A DNA stretch of 64,000 nt from Vitrella brassicaformis CCMP3155 (taxonomy: Eukaryota; Protista; Chromerida): contig CDMY01000781.1 in NCBI GenBank assembly GCA_001179505.1, forward strand, positions 62,001 to 126,000, given 5' to 3'. Below are positions 38,205-50,867 of this stretch, one piece after another. Position 1 is the first letter of the stretch. Every line of letters starts with the position of its first letter. A program made the translations under genes and the position numbers. The notes under the pieces were generated by a model that worked only from the letters and a program-made list of their open reading frames with translations, searched no databases and was not told the origin of the DNA.

Positions 38205-39822
38205 TCACCAGTCCTTGAAGGGGTCGTGTGCTGGGTTGATAGCGGGGGGCAGCTCCTCTGAGTCGGGGTAGAACTCGAAGTTGCTCAGATCATCAGCAGA
38301 CTGCACACGTCACATGCAGACAGGCCAAAGGAAGGGAGGGGACGAAGACCATACCAGCATGTCTCTCTGAAAGTCTCTTTCTGTGCACGGCGTGTCGTCG
38401 TGTGATGTCTGTGCCTTGAGGTGTGGTTTGTATTTGACGGGGAGGCGTTTGTTGCGGAGGTCGTCGAAGTGGATGGGGCCGAACCACCGGTGGTCCTTGA
38501 CGTCCTGACTGCCGCCCTTCAGATTGCCCAAACGCTTCGACAGATCCGCCTGCAACAACTTCTTGACCAAAGATTTCGCATCGCTGCATCAACACACGGA
38601 CGGCCAGAGACCAACAGACGAACAGCTGTCTGTATCTTTCTCTGTATCTGCGAGCGGCCGACCGATCGAAGAATCGCGGGAAGACGATTTTGCCAGCGAG
38701 GATCTTCTGGTAGATGCCCATGGGGTCCTCATCAACGAAGGGCGGGTAGCCCACGATCATCTCGTAGATCAGAATGCCCAGCGTCCACCAGTCGACTGGC
38801 TTGCCGTGACCTGGATGCACGACACATATCCAGCTGCGTGTCTCTCTCCATCTTTTCCTCGCTGTCTCTCTGGGTGCCTGGCGCCGACCCTTGTTGAGTA
38901 GGACTTCGGGAGCGATGTATTCGGGCGTGCCACACAGCGTGTCGGTGCGAAACTCCACCACCTTTGCGAAACCGAAGTTCGTCAGCTTCACGTACCCGTC
39001 CCTGTCCAACAACATGTTCTCTGGCTTCAGGTCCCTGACGTGACGTCAACACGGAGACACACACATGACGTGACATGACATGACATGACATGACGAGACA
39101 GGAAGGCAGGCGCGCTCGTGTCTCCTTCTCCTTCTCCCTCTCTCTGTCTTTGCCTGCCTGTATATGATGTTTCTGGAGTGGAGGTAGTCGAAAATGTCGC
39201 AGATTTGGGCCGAGTAGAAGCGGGCACTCTCTGTGTCGAAGCGGCCCTGACGCCGCAGGTGTGTGAAGAACTCACCCCCGCCAACCAGCTCCAGAATGAG
39301 GAACAGATAGCGGTCATCCTGGAACGACCCGTAACAGCGCACCTGCAATCACAGGACACCAACATCACATCCACGATGGATCCGTATGGTTCTTTCGTTC
39401 TCTGTTGGTGTCCGTGTGTATGTGGAAGAGCTGACTGTGAGTGGGTGGTCGAGTATGAGGAGGATGTTCTTTTCGTTGTTGATGTGGTCGACTTGCTTCA
39501 TCTTGATGAGGGCGGCCTTCTTGAGGCACTTGATGGCCAGACGGTCGGGCAGGTCCGAACCATAGTCGGCCCTCTTCTTGTAGCGGGCGACGCGCACACG
39601 GCCAAACGAACCTGCGGCCATCCACACGAACCAGAGGGGCATGGTGCATGCGTGGCTGTGCATTGGGGAAGAGCCCCCTTCTCTGCAACACCCAGCCCTC
39701 ATGCACCCATCACGCCGGCCGACTGCTACTCAGGCAGGAATGCACTCACCTGTGCCGAGTGTCTGCCCCCACTCAAAATCATCCTTGGTCACGTTGTGGG
39801 GAAGAAGCACCTTAGGCGGCAT
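38205..39822 (-). CDS. PKAC: cAMP-dependent protein kinase catalytic subunit
   Basis: [76 protein letters not shown] and [11 protein letters not shown]. One triplet reads acg aac ttc ggt (TNFG) where DFG is expected, so it needs checking. Confidence 0.95.
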
Positions 39823-39927
39823 GCTGGAAGAGGGACGGACACACGCGGGACGAGAGGCGGAAGCGGCGCGACAATTCCAGATTGGGAGTGGTTCCAGGCG
39901 ATCCGCCCGCAGCGGCCCCCAGTCTTA

Positions 39928-39936
39928 CGCGAGCTT
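39928..39936. promoter_or_regulatory. Variant motif CGCGAGCTT
   Basis: One mismatch, in the 166-bp PKA/AK7 divergent gap. Confidence 0.4.
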
Positions 39937-39988
39937 TTTGGCCGTCTTTCCCTCGGCGTGAGGTGTCTTGTCTGGAGGTGCTGTCAGG

Positions 39989-41105
39989 ATGCGTATCTTC
40001 ATCAATCATGTGGACACCTACTCCGGCAATGCGCTGTGTGCGGACCTGCGGCGCATCGAGGGAGTGGCCAACCGGCTGTTCGGCACACTCAAGGGCACCG
40101 AGGGAGGGGCGCAGATCCCGCCATCTGTCAGAAGAGTTGTCGGGGTGAGCGTACCACGCCCGCAGACTGCATAATTCCCACGTGCACGGACTGCATGCAC
40201 TGTGTGTGTGTGTGCAGCGTAGCAACCCGAAGATGTTGCTCAAGACGCTGCTGTCGTGCTCGTTGGTCGTGTATGACTTGCACAATGCGGACCTGGAAGA
40301 GGTCGACTTCATCATCAAAAGTGGGCGTACAACGGCCCCATCTCACCTTTGCGTGTACACGTCTTGGTGTCTGTGTGTCTGTCTGTCTGCCTGCCTGGTG
40401 TGTGTGTCTCGTGTGTTCAGCGTTGAAGAACACCGAGATTGAGAAGCCGATGGTGGTGGTGCTCATCTCGTCTGTCATCGTCTGGGCCAAGACCAGAAAG
40501 GCAGCAACACGCACACACCAATACACGGAGAGAGACATGGATAACAGCTAACTGCAAACGTCTTTGCATGTCGGTTGTTCAGGAGTACGAGAAGATCGAG
40601 ACAGAGGAGGGCGAAGAAGGAGAAGAGAAACCCGCTGAGGCAGGTAAGGAAAACCGCCTCGGCTCTTGGTGTGAGTGTTGCCCTTGCTTGTGCCTGCAGA
40701 GGCAGGTGGGGAGGAGGGTGAGGAGGGCGAAGAGGGCGAGGAGGGCAAGGAGAAGCCTCCACCACCACCTGTGCCAACACAACCTGTCAAACTCAAAGAT
40801 GACGACTTTGAGTCAGTTAGCGACAGACACGCACATCGAGGGAAGTTGGCATACGGTCGTCCCTCCGTCGTGGGTGTTTCAACCACTGCAGGCGGCGTAC
40901 AGCCCCACCGGCGTATGAGAGTTGGAAGACCCTGGAGGCCTTGCTACTGGCCCTCAACACCAAGGAGAACCTCAAGTGCTACGTGGTGGCCGCGGGCATC
41001 CTCTACGGCAACGGGGAAGAGACATTCTACGACGCATTCAAGGCAACCCAGCCAGCCAGCCAGCCAGCCACCCATTGCATGATGTCCTTCCTATACTCAT
41101 TCTCA

Positions 41106-41157
<52 letters not shown>

Positions 41158-43741
41158 GCCAGGCGGGCTGGTTGTGTCAGGAGACGCATAGAACAATCGG
41201 TCCGGGGAACAACCACATCCCCACCATACATATCAGGGACTGCGCCAGGCTCATCAAACGGCTCGCGCCTGGTGGGTGACTGGGGGGTGGCACGCCCCAC
41301 CAGACCAACAGGTCATTTGTTTGCTGGCTGGACATTCAGGGGAGGAGGAGAAGCATTATCTGTTGGCAGTAGATTTCTCTGACGAGACACAGGCATCCCT
41401 GATACAAGGCATCGTCAACAACATCGCCACGCCCTACAAGGTGCCGTCGATAGCGCCCGAGGAGGCCGTGTTGGCAGAGAACGCCGATCTGCTCACCCTC
41501 GACCTCAGCCTGGAGCCATCTGACCTGCTCAAGGCAGAGGACTTCAACTGGTGGAGCAAGGTGCGATGGGCTCGTGGACAGACACCGGGGGGGGATTGAC
41601 GATTCTCGTGTGTGTTTGATAGGGCGGGATGGTTGCCAACATAGAGAAAGTCGCCGCCGAGTTCCTCAAGTGGAGAAACCTTAGGGCCATCAAAGTGACC
41701 AATGACAGCACACCCTGGAATCCCATCATGTCACCTGTGTGTGTCCACTTGTAGATGTTGGTATCCGGCCCTCCGGCGTCGGGCAAGACCTTCTGCGGGC
41801 AGGTGCTGGCTGAGCACTACAACGTGCCCCTCCTCCAGATACAAGACATGATTGAGGAGGCCAAACAAGCCGTACGCCACCTACCTAAACGAGCAAGCGC
41901 ACCTCAGACAGTGGAACGTTCTGCGCCTCCCCGTGTCTGTGTGTCTGTGTGTCAGCAAGATGAGTTCGGTGAGGAGTTGCGGCAGAAGTGGGCCGAGCTG
42001 CAGGAGGCCGCAGCCAAGGGCGGCAAGAAAGGCGCGGCGGCCGACGCCAAACCGCGCCTCGACGCCGCCACTGTCACCAGGATCGTGATGCAGAAACTCA
42101 AATCCAACATATGCAAGTAGGTCAACTGAGCAACTAGCTGAGCAGAATAGCTAGCTGATTTCCTCTTCTTTCTTCCTGGTCAGGTACCGTGGTTACGTGT
42201 TGGATGGCTACCCCCGCAACTTCGCTGAGGCCGAGGCTCTCCTCCTCACTGGTCGGTTGGTCGGTCGGTGGGCCTCCATCCATGGGCGGACCTCCTTTCT
42301 CCTGCGGTGCTTACAGATGCGCCGAAGCCAGAGGGTGAAGAGGAGGAGGCCGAGGAGGCTGAGGGAGAGGCCAAACCCAAAAGTGAGACAGACGAGACAC
42401 ACCGACACAGAGACATCCATGCATGCTGCCTCTTGGTCTGATTTCCTCTCCCGTCGTTTGATCAGTTCTTAACGATGCCGTCGTCCCCGAGCATGTCGTC
42501 GTGCTCAAGGCGTCAGAGACGTGTGCCAAGGAACGCATTCTCGGTAGGTATACGTGTGATGAGACAGTTGAGACACCACCAGCACCAAGAATGCCATCTC
42601 TCCCTACGCCTGTCATACGGACACAGCGCTGCCTCAGGATGCGGTAGAGGGCACGCACAACACGGAGGACGGCTTCAAGAGGCGGTGGGCCAAGTATAGG
42701 GCCGACAACGAGGCCGAGAACGGCGCACCATCCCTCGCGGAGTTCTTCCAAGTGGCCATACACACACATACGCACACAGAGAGAGAGAAAGGTACGCATG
42801 TGTGTGTGTACGCTGCACTCGACGCGCAGGAGCGGAAGATTGAGGTGCTCAATCTCGACGCGGATGGAAAGGCCCGTAAGCACACGGCAAGGACCGTGTC
42901 TCGGGACAGTGCATCTCTTATCTCTTTGTCTCGTTCAGTGTCTGAGCTCTTTCCGAGTCTGCGTATCTATGTTGAGCGCAAGGGCCGCCCCTTCAACTTC
43001 CTCAAGGGCGAGAGGGAGCTGGCACTCGAGGAGCACAGACGCATCGAGGCAGTAGAGGTGAGCCCAGGCACCAGGAAAGAAGCAGAGACACACTTCAACA
43101 TATGACTTTCCATCCATTCATCCATCCATCCATCCGTGTGCAGAAAGAGGCTGAGGAGAAGCATGAAGCGGAGCTGAAACAACAGTGAGCGAGTCCTTAT
43201 GGCGTTGGTTGTCCGTGTCTGAGTGCATGGATGGATGGCTGTAGGGAGGCTGATGAGGATGCGATGCGTGTGCGTCGTGTGGAGGAGGAGCGTCGCCGGA
43301 TGCAGCTGATCGAGGAGCACGAGAAGGAGCTCCTCGAGACACAATCCATACCACTCAGACACTACCTCATGCAATACGTCGTATGCACCCATCCATCCAT
43401 CCATCCAACACACACACACACACACACACAGCCGTGGGCGTGGTGTAGACACATGTGTGGATGTGTGTGTGTGTTGTGTAGGTGCCGACTCTGACAGAGG
43501 GTCTTGTGGAGGTGTGCAAGGTGGTGCCAGAAGACCCCATCGACTACCTGGTCAGCCAGCCAGCGAGACGAATGAATGCGGTGGGCGTGTGACGGGTGAC
43601 TGTCTGTTGTGGTTGTGTGGGTCGGTGGGTGCACATGCACTGCACATGCAGGCCGAGTACTTGATAGCTCACGCCAAGAACGCGGCTGGGGCGGACCCCA
43701 AAGTGGCACTCGCCAACGTGGGGGACAGCAAAACTGCATGA
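39989..43741 (+). CDS. AK7: Adenylate kinase 7-like flagellar protein (NAD-binding fold + AK domain + Dpy-30 motif)
   Basis: MRIFINHVDTYSG, VLISSVIVWAKT, YVVAAGILYGNGE, NHIPTIHIRD, SGPPASGKT (P-loop), GYVLDGYPR, and [39 protein letters not shown] (Dpy-30). Confidence 0.93.
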
Positions 43742-44996
43742 AGGAAGGTGACTGAATGCTCTATGTGTTGACGTCGATCACTCACTTCGTTCAATGGGCG
43801 TGGCGATGCATGACTGTTCACCCACACCAGACAGACAAACAGACAGACAGGCTGGCCGGCAGGCAGGCAGACATAGTGACAGCCCCCCCGAGTACTCGTC
43901 TCATCTCATCTCATCTCATCTCATCTCATCTGCCGGCCGCCGGACAGTCATCTATCTCCCGGGGTGAGACAGGCAGCATATAAATCAATCAAAACTGTGA
44001 GTCATTCCCTCACTCTCTCATTCTCTCCTTCATTCATTCGTTCAATACACATGTTCGTATGTATGTCATGTGAGGGGGGTGCCACGTGGCTGCGTGCACG
44101 GATGCATGGAATTGCCACCGTGGCCCCCTCCCTACCTCCCTCGCAGTCACTCATTCACCCACTCACCATGACCATGGATGGCTAGCTCAGTGGACTTAGA
44201 TTCGACTCGACTCACTCGACTCGACTCTATCGTTGGCCGTCAACGGCATGCATGGCATGCTATGTGTATACGGATGGCACGGGGCCATAAAAATAAATAT
44301 ACAAACGAACTGATAGACAGGCAGGCAGACAGACAGACAGGCAGATCCAGAAGGATCACAGATCACTGGCCGGCTGTCTCGCTGCATGCACTCTGGCTAC
44401 CCGCAACTCCCTCCCCTCCCTTCTCTCCCTCCCTGACTCGATCATTCACTCTAGCTGTGACGGCTCGACTGGACGAGCACTTTTCGCTTTCCGCACCTCT
44501 CTGTCGCTCATGGATGGATGGATGGATGAATGGAGGCTTCCAAGGCATCCATCCATCCATCCATCCACGCTCTCCCCCCTTCTCTCCCTCCCGTCCTCTG
44601 CCCTCTCTAGCCCTCTCTCTCTACAGCAATTACCGCAGCTACAGCTGTCTGTCTGTCTGTCTGTCTGTCTGTCCGGCTGGCTGGCTGCACCAATCATGGA
44701 AAAACACCCACCTCACCTCAACATCGCTCGCTCTACACTGTACTACGAGAGAAAGAGGGACACACACACAGGCAAGCAGGCGGGCAGACACGCAGGCGGG
44801 TCGGGAGGCGGGCAGGGAGAAAGGCAGACAGCCAGACACACACACACACACACACACGACTACACAACTCCAACTCCGCCCGCCCTAAATTCTGTTCACG
44901 AATGCGTTCACACATTCATTGACACTCAGTCAGTAGAGACCAACCAATCCACGAATGGCGCCAATCGACCGACCATGCACTGTACTCACTCACCCC

Positions 44997-46156
44997 TCAC
45001 CGCGAGCTGCCGCGTGTGGTCGCCAGCTCCGTCCTGTCATTGGTGAGGAATCTCTCCAGCACTTTCTTGGCGATGGTCTCGACCACCTCCTGGTTGGTGT
45101 CCTGCGCGTCGCGGAACTTCTTGAGCGTCAGAGTGTCGCCGTCGGCCGTCACCCCGTGAGCCATGTTGTCGACCATGCAGATGCAGGCGTAATCCAGGTT
45201 GAGCTCCTGCAGCAGCGTCAGCTCGCCAGCGGTGGTCATGCCCACCACATCGCCATAATCCTGGTAGAAGCGGATCTCCGACTTGGTCTCGAATCGCGGA
45301 CCCTTGCTCTGCGTGTAGCAGCCGCCATCGCGGATCGTCACCTGATAGACCAGGCAAACAGACAGACAGACAGACAGACAGGGTGGTGACTGTCGTGTGT
45401 GGTGTGGGATCGTATGGCTGTGTCATCCACTTACCCCCTGCAGTTCCTCCGAATCGTGGTGGAGCAGCTCCAGTAATTGCCGCCTCATTGGTGTGTCAAG
45501 GGAGGGGATAAAATGCGCCTTGTGGTCTGTGTGGTAGCCAGGCAGACTCCACGGAGCAAAATAGTCGTCTGCATCGGTCAGTGAACACCACACACACAGA
45601 AAGACATTGAGATGAGCACGTCAGGAGCGCCTGTGTGTACACATATGGCACATCGCTTAACGTACTGGGTATGAGTACGGTGCCAATGTGAATGTCTGGC
45701 TTGAGTGATCCCACACTCGAGAAACACACCACACGCGTCACGCCGAGCTTCTTCAGGGCACCGCACAGCGCCCGCCTGTTGATGAGATGCGGCTGCGTGT
45801 AGCTGATGCCCACACGACAGACGAAGGAAGAAGAAGGGCAGGCCACGACAAACAAGAGTGGGCTTACGAGATCTCTGCATTGCCGTGTGTCTGTCTGCAG
45901 TCACCTGGTGTCTGGGTCTGCATTATGGCGCTGAATGAAGGCGCAGGTCCTCTCGCGGTTCACATGGGCCTTGACTGTCCACGAACCACACACACGCACA
46001 GAAACACACACACGTGTGCCATTTCCATCAGCGCATCCTGCTTGCTGTCTACTGACGCCTGGTACCTCTGCCGTGTTCTGTCCTGACGATTTCTTCCTGG
46101 AACTCTTTGAAGAGTGGCGTGTTCCAGAGGCCCGAGCCGCCGATGATGCCTAGCAT
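44997..46156 (-). CDS. MTAP: 5'-methylthioadenosine phosphorylase (PNP/MTAP family)
   Basis: MLGIIGGSG, FIQRH, PHLINRRA...LKKLGV...SSVGSLKPDI, GPRFETKSE, DVVGMT..GE and ICMVDNMA. Confidence 0.9.
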
Positions 46157-46383
46157 CTCGTCTGACCGCGGCGAGACTGTGATGGTCAGGCTCTTGTCGG
46201 TCTCCATCTGAGCGGTCGGACAGCTGGTGCAGCTGCAGCCGTTCATCGTGGAAGGGAGAGACTCACTGCACGCCTTGCAAATCCCACACGAAGCCTCAGA
46301 TCTCGGCACGCATCTCGTCTGCAACGATGAGATATGGACAGAGGGGATAGCCCTTCGTTTGCTGCGAAACCACCCGCCGCTGC

Positions 46384-46401
46384 TGCGAGCTCGAGCTCGC
46401 A
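46384..46401. promoter_or_regulatory. Perfect 18-bp palindrome TGCGAGCTCGAGCTCGCA (two inverted motif copies)
   Basis: Read directly; lies between the MTAP and RAB3GAP2-like starts. Confidence 0.55.
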
Positions 46402-46514
46402 ACGAAGAAAGAAGGAGGAAGGGAGAAGCAAAAGCGCCGCCGTGTCACCGAGAGTGCCTGGCGAAAAATGAGACAATCAGTCATCTGACGACTGAGCCCC
46501 CCCCTTGCTTGACA

Positions 46515-48852
46515 ATGCCTTCAAGTTCCCTCCTGCATGCACTGTCCCCGACGCCATCGGCGGAGAGCTACAACCCGTCTGAGAGTCTGTTCGCCACGTA
46601 CCTGTCGGGCGGTCTGCTGGGCGTTGCGGTTGCGAGTCCGTCTCAGCAGGTGGACCGTCTGCTCTACTGGCGGTGGTACTGCAGCTCAGGGGAGCTGCAG
46701 CACCTGGACTTCATCTGGCTGACCGCTGAACATGCCAGGGAAAAAGTCACCTGCCTGGTACAAAGCAACGCAAGCAACAGAGGGAGGGAGGGAGGCAGAA
46801 GCCTTAAGTACTTACTGAGTGAGTGATTGCCTGTCTGTCTGTCAGGGCTGGACGGAGGTCGTCCCAGGCATCCATCACCTCATTGTCGGCTTCGGCAGGT
46901 CCGTCCGTGTGGTGCATGTGCCTCTGAATGAAGATCATTCAATCCACTCATTCATTCCACTCGTGTGTTTTGTGTGTTGTGTGGCTTTCCTTTCTTCCTT
47001 GATCAGCGGCCGCGTGTCGCTGTACACACACAAGGGCGCCCTCTGCCTCTCAGCGATATGGCACCCGCTGCCCGTCATCGCCATACGCAGCACAAGGGGC
47101 GCCAGAAATGTCGGTAGCAGCGACGGCAGCCCCACCAGCAGCAGCATGATGCACGGACGGCAGCCTGTGCAGCACCCCCACGCCACTGATGACAGCACGC
47201 GGAGTGCGAGCAGCAGCGGCATGGACACCTCAATGAGCCCTGCGCTGTGTGCTGTGCTCATCCTGTACGCGGACCACACACTGGTGAGATTAGATATCTA
47301 CGCAGCCAACACGGGAGCCCAGCCTAAAGGCACAACTAACACCGCCATTGAATTGATGTGTCTTTGTTTGTTTGTTTGTTTGTCAGGTGCACACATCCAA
47401 CGAGGCGCTTCGTCGCGAGGTGTATTCGGCCCGTCCCAACTCGTCTGCCATCTCTCTGGAGGAGCCACCATCACCCCCCCTCCCCTCCGAGCCCACACCG
47501 CCCCCCTCTTCACGCCGGCTCCCATCCCCCACACGCACTGACGACGACACTGCTGGCGTGGCCGTCAGGGACTTCAGAAAAGTCAAGTAGGTAGCGACGA
47601 TGAATAAATGGCTCACGCTCGCCATGACGCTCACCGTGCTCTCTGTCTGTTTGGTGTGTCTATCTGTCAGGCTGGAGGATCGCGGCGAGACCTCTGATGT
47701 GACGGTGTTGGCACTCACTGGCCGTGCGCTGCCCTCTACCGACCTGTCAGCCATCGACATGGCGTACGACGCCATCCAGAGGGCCCACAGGGACGGGCGG
47801 AGAAGCAGCGTGGCTGGCGCTGGAGGTGGTGGTGTGGAGGGCTACAAGCCTATCATGGCCTATGTGGCGGCGGGGTCGGACCCTTATCTATCGCTGCATC
47901 TGAGGCAGCCACAGGTATTCATTCATGTGTGTCAACACACGAGGCCATGCAAGCGCTGCGCACGTGTTGCTTGATGGATGGATGGATTACATGCAATGCC
48001 TGCAGGAGGGCAGCTCGCCGACCAGCCGCACACTCGTGGGTTCGGCCACATCGGCCGCGTCAGCCGTCCTGTCGGCGGCTGCCTCATGGATCGTCGGCGG
48101 GGCCGTCGCCCGCAAGGCTTCGCCAAGCGGCACGCCCAGCCACACGCCGGCATCCCTTCCGCCTGACGCCACTCTATCCTCCAAGATCGCCGGGGAGCCG
48201 ACGACTACTCCCTCTGTGAGAGGCGACAAAGATGACTGCCGCCCGCCTCTGCCGACCGCACCACCAGGTGGTTTGCCTTGCGGGGATGGGATAGGTCGGG
48301 CGTGGCGTCTTGGTGTGCGTGTTGGTTTGTTTGTGACTGTCGTGTGTGGTGCTTTTGCAAATATTGCAGATGAGAGTTTGGGTCAGTGCCGCGAGTTTGC
48401 TGATCCGACCCGACGCGGGACGACCATGTTGCCGGCCCCCTGGAACCCCACGATTGCCGCAGTAACCGACACATTCGGACGGGTGAGTGGGGTTTATGTA
48501 TGGTGGGGACAGACAGGACACCACGAGGCACCCCCTGTGGCCGTGTGTGTGTGTGTGTGTGTGTGTGCAGGTGGTGTTGGTGCATCTGAGTTCGCTCCAG
48601 TTCCTGCACATATGGAAGGGCTACCGCGACGCCCAAGTGGCGTGGGGCTGGACAGCACAGCAAACCCGGCGGTGCCTGGTGCTGTATGCGCCGCGGCGGG
48701 GGCTTTTAGAGATATGGGACGGGCGGCGGCTGGAGCGTCTGGCTGCCGAGCATGTGGGGGAGGGGGGTCGGCTGCTGGGGGAGGGGGAGGGGATATTGCT
48801 CGTCATGCCGCACAAGGACAGGCAGATGCATGTCGTGCAGATTCCCGAATGA
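46515..48852 (+). CDS. RAB3GAP2: Rab3GAP non-catalytic subunit N-terminal (WD-like) domain protein
   Basis: GRVSLYTHKG...WHPLPV, AVLSAAASWIVG, DPTRRG...AAVTDTFGRV, HIWKGYRDAQVAW, LVLYAPRRGLLEIW. The start codon is uncertain. Confidence 0.85.
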
Positions 48853-49538
48853 ATGAATGAGTGAATGAACGAATGGCTAATAAATGAGCCAGCCGATGAC
48901 TCGACTCGACTCTTGATGTCTGTCAAGTGTATCTCTTCGTGTCGTGAGTGAGCCGACACGAGGGAGGACGATTGACAGACAGACCATGGTCACTTCTTTC
49001 ATCAGATCGAGTGTTAATTGTCCCATGACATGCATACCAGCCCCTCCCCGCTCAAATCTCTCGATCGATCGAAAAAACCCAGACACGTGTGCTGTGCGCG
49101 TGTGTTGTGTCCCTGTCTTGTCTGCCACCGTCTGTGCGAGTGCCGGCGCATCGCATGGCTCTCGAACAGCGGGTGGGTGACAAAGGAAGCCACACCGACG
49201 AATACGCGACACGTGTCTGTCCTTCCACTCATTCGTCTCGTCCAAACACATTGACTGACAAGAGGACGGCACCACTGCACCGCACACTCACGAATTCGCT
49301 GCCCGGAGCTCACACGCATAGCAACCAACGCATTCACACTTTCCCTCTTCCCTCCCCCTTGTCAGCCTTACACATAAGAGAGAGATGCAGAGAATGGCAG
49401 GCAGGCAACCAACAGACAGTCAGACCTTCATTCAGGCAGACAGACCCTTACACAACCATCCATCCCTCGCCCCACCCACCCACCCTCTTGTCCCATCCTG
49501 TCTGCTCCATCCATCCATCCATGGGTTTCATCAATTAA

Positions 49539-50684
49539 TCACTTTCGCACGGCGCGTTTTTTGGGCGCGGCCTTGGCGTTGCCATTGTTGGGCTTGAGGC
49601 ACTTGCTGGCGGGGTGGCAGCGGTGGCAGAGGTAGGGCTCCTCCTCAGGCCAGTTATTCACCTCCTCGTTGGTCATTCCCACACACTGCGAGTGGAACCA
49701 CACGTGGCACTGGTCACACGCTATCATCGCTGACCCTGCCATGACCTTCCCGCAGTAGCAGTGCGTGTTGTCATAGTAGCTCTGCTGCTCCTGCTGCTGT
49801 TGCTGAGAGATGCCTGTGTTGGCATTGCTCGACGGCGTGGGTGATGGAGGCGCCACACCGCCACCCGCGGAGGACCCGGCTGCTGTGGCTGCCGCGCGGC
49901 GAGGCTGCTGGCGTGACGCCATGGTGGAGACAGAGGGCGGGAGCAGGGGCGACTTGACCTCGCCCTCACCCGCACCCTTGGCCCCGGCTGCCGTGCCGTA
50001 TGGGAATGGCCGTTTCTTGCCCGCGTCGCCGTTGGTGCGGTCTTGGTCTTGCGAGGAGGGGTGGAGCTTGGCGCGGATGGGTCGTCGCTTGTGTCCCGCC
50101 TCGTCCTCTTCCTCATCCATGAGCTCCTCGCCCTCGCCCTCCATGGCCATGTTGAATGCGTTGGTGGGCAGGCCCTCCTCCAGCTGCCGCTCGTCGAGCT
50201 CGTCCATGGCCGCCTGGTCGAGGGGCGAGGCGGCGAACGATGCCTTGGGTGTCTGCAGGTGGCGCATCAGTCGCGCGTTGGCCGCCATCTGGTTGGTCCA
50301 CTCGAACAGCGGCGGGGCGTCGGGCGGCGCGTTGGGGAAGATCTCACGGTGGTCGCCGTCGCCTCCCCCTCCCCCCTCCTTGGCCGACGGGCTCTTGGCC
50401 TCCTCCTGCTTGATCGTCACGGCCTTCCCTCCTCCCACGATGGGCGCCTCACCGAAGAGGCCGCGCTTGAATTGCTCCAGGTCGGCTATGGAGGCCGTGA
50501 GGCGAGCAGCATTCGCATCCTTGCCCAGGAGGGAAAGCGGCTCGCCCTGGCTAACGCGGGTCTTGAGGTTTGCGAGTGAGGGGCGGAAGGAGGCGGGTTG
50601 GCTGGGCGGTGGGAGGCGCGACAGAGCGAACTGGTAGAGGGTCGCGTCGGGCATGTCCACGTTACACACCTCGATTTGGCTCAT
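49539..50684 (-). CDS. PHD-finger protein
   Basis: 381-codon ORF ending in HCYCGK...MIACDQCHVWFHSQCVGM...YLCHRC (C4HC3) and a basic KKRAVRK tail. Upstream exons cannot be excluded. Confidence 0.85.
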   Translation of the reverse strand: MSQIEVCNVDMPDATLYQFALSRLPPPSQPASFRPSLANLKTRVSQGEPLSLLGKDANAARLTASIADLEQFKRGLFGEAPIVGGGKAVTIKQEEAKSPSAKEGGGGGDGDHREIFPNAPPDAPPLFEWTNQMAANARLMRHLQTPKASFAASPLDQAAMDELDERQLEEGLPTNAFNMAMEGEGEELMDEEEDEAGHKRRPIRAKLHPSSQDQDRTNGDAGKKRPFPYGTAAGAKGAGEGEVKSPLLPPSVSTMASRQQPRRAAATAAGSSAGGGVAPPSPTPSSNANTGISQQQQQEQQSYYDNTHCYCGKVMAGSAMIACDQCHVWFHSQCVGMTNEEVNNWPEEEPYLCHRCHPASKCLKPNNGNAKAAPKKRAVRK

Positions 50685-50858
50685 CCTCGCTCGCTGGGAT
50701 GAGTAGGCTGGAGAACTCAGACCAGTTACTGGACTCAGACCAGAACCTCACCGGGATCACCGATTGGAAGGTTGATGATTCAAAGACCTTCAGCAGCGGC
50801 CTCTCGCCTCACAGAGGAGCCTTTCCCTCCCAGACCCAAAGCTCCAGCGATCCCATTT

Positions 50859-50867
50859 TGCGAGCTT
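50859..50867. promoter_or_regulatory. Candidate upstream motif TGCGAGCTT
   Basis: Exact 9-mer flanked by T runs, 175 bp upstream of the PHD gene ATG. Confidence 0.5.

Noticed and set aside
39118-40551. 477-codon plus-strand ORF
   Set aside because: It is antisense to PKA exons and out of frame with AK7, a shadow caused by GC-rich codon usage. The same applies to 29986..31074, 33812..34942 and 49810..50637.
46515-48852. RAB3GAP2 homolog lacking the long C-terminal domain
   Set aside because: N-domain-only homologs occur in other non-animal eukaryotes, so this is not considered novel.
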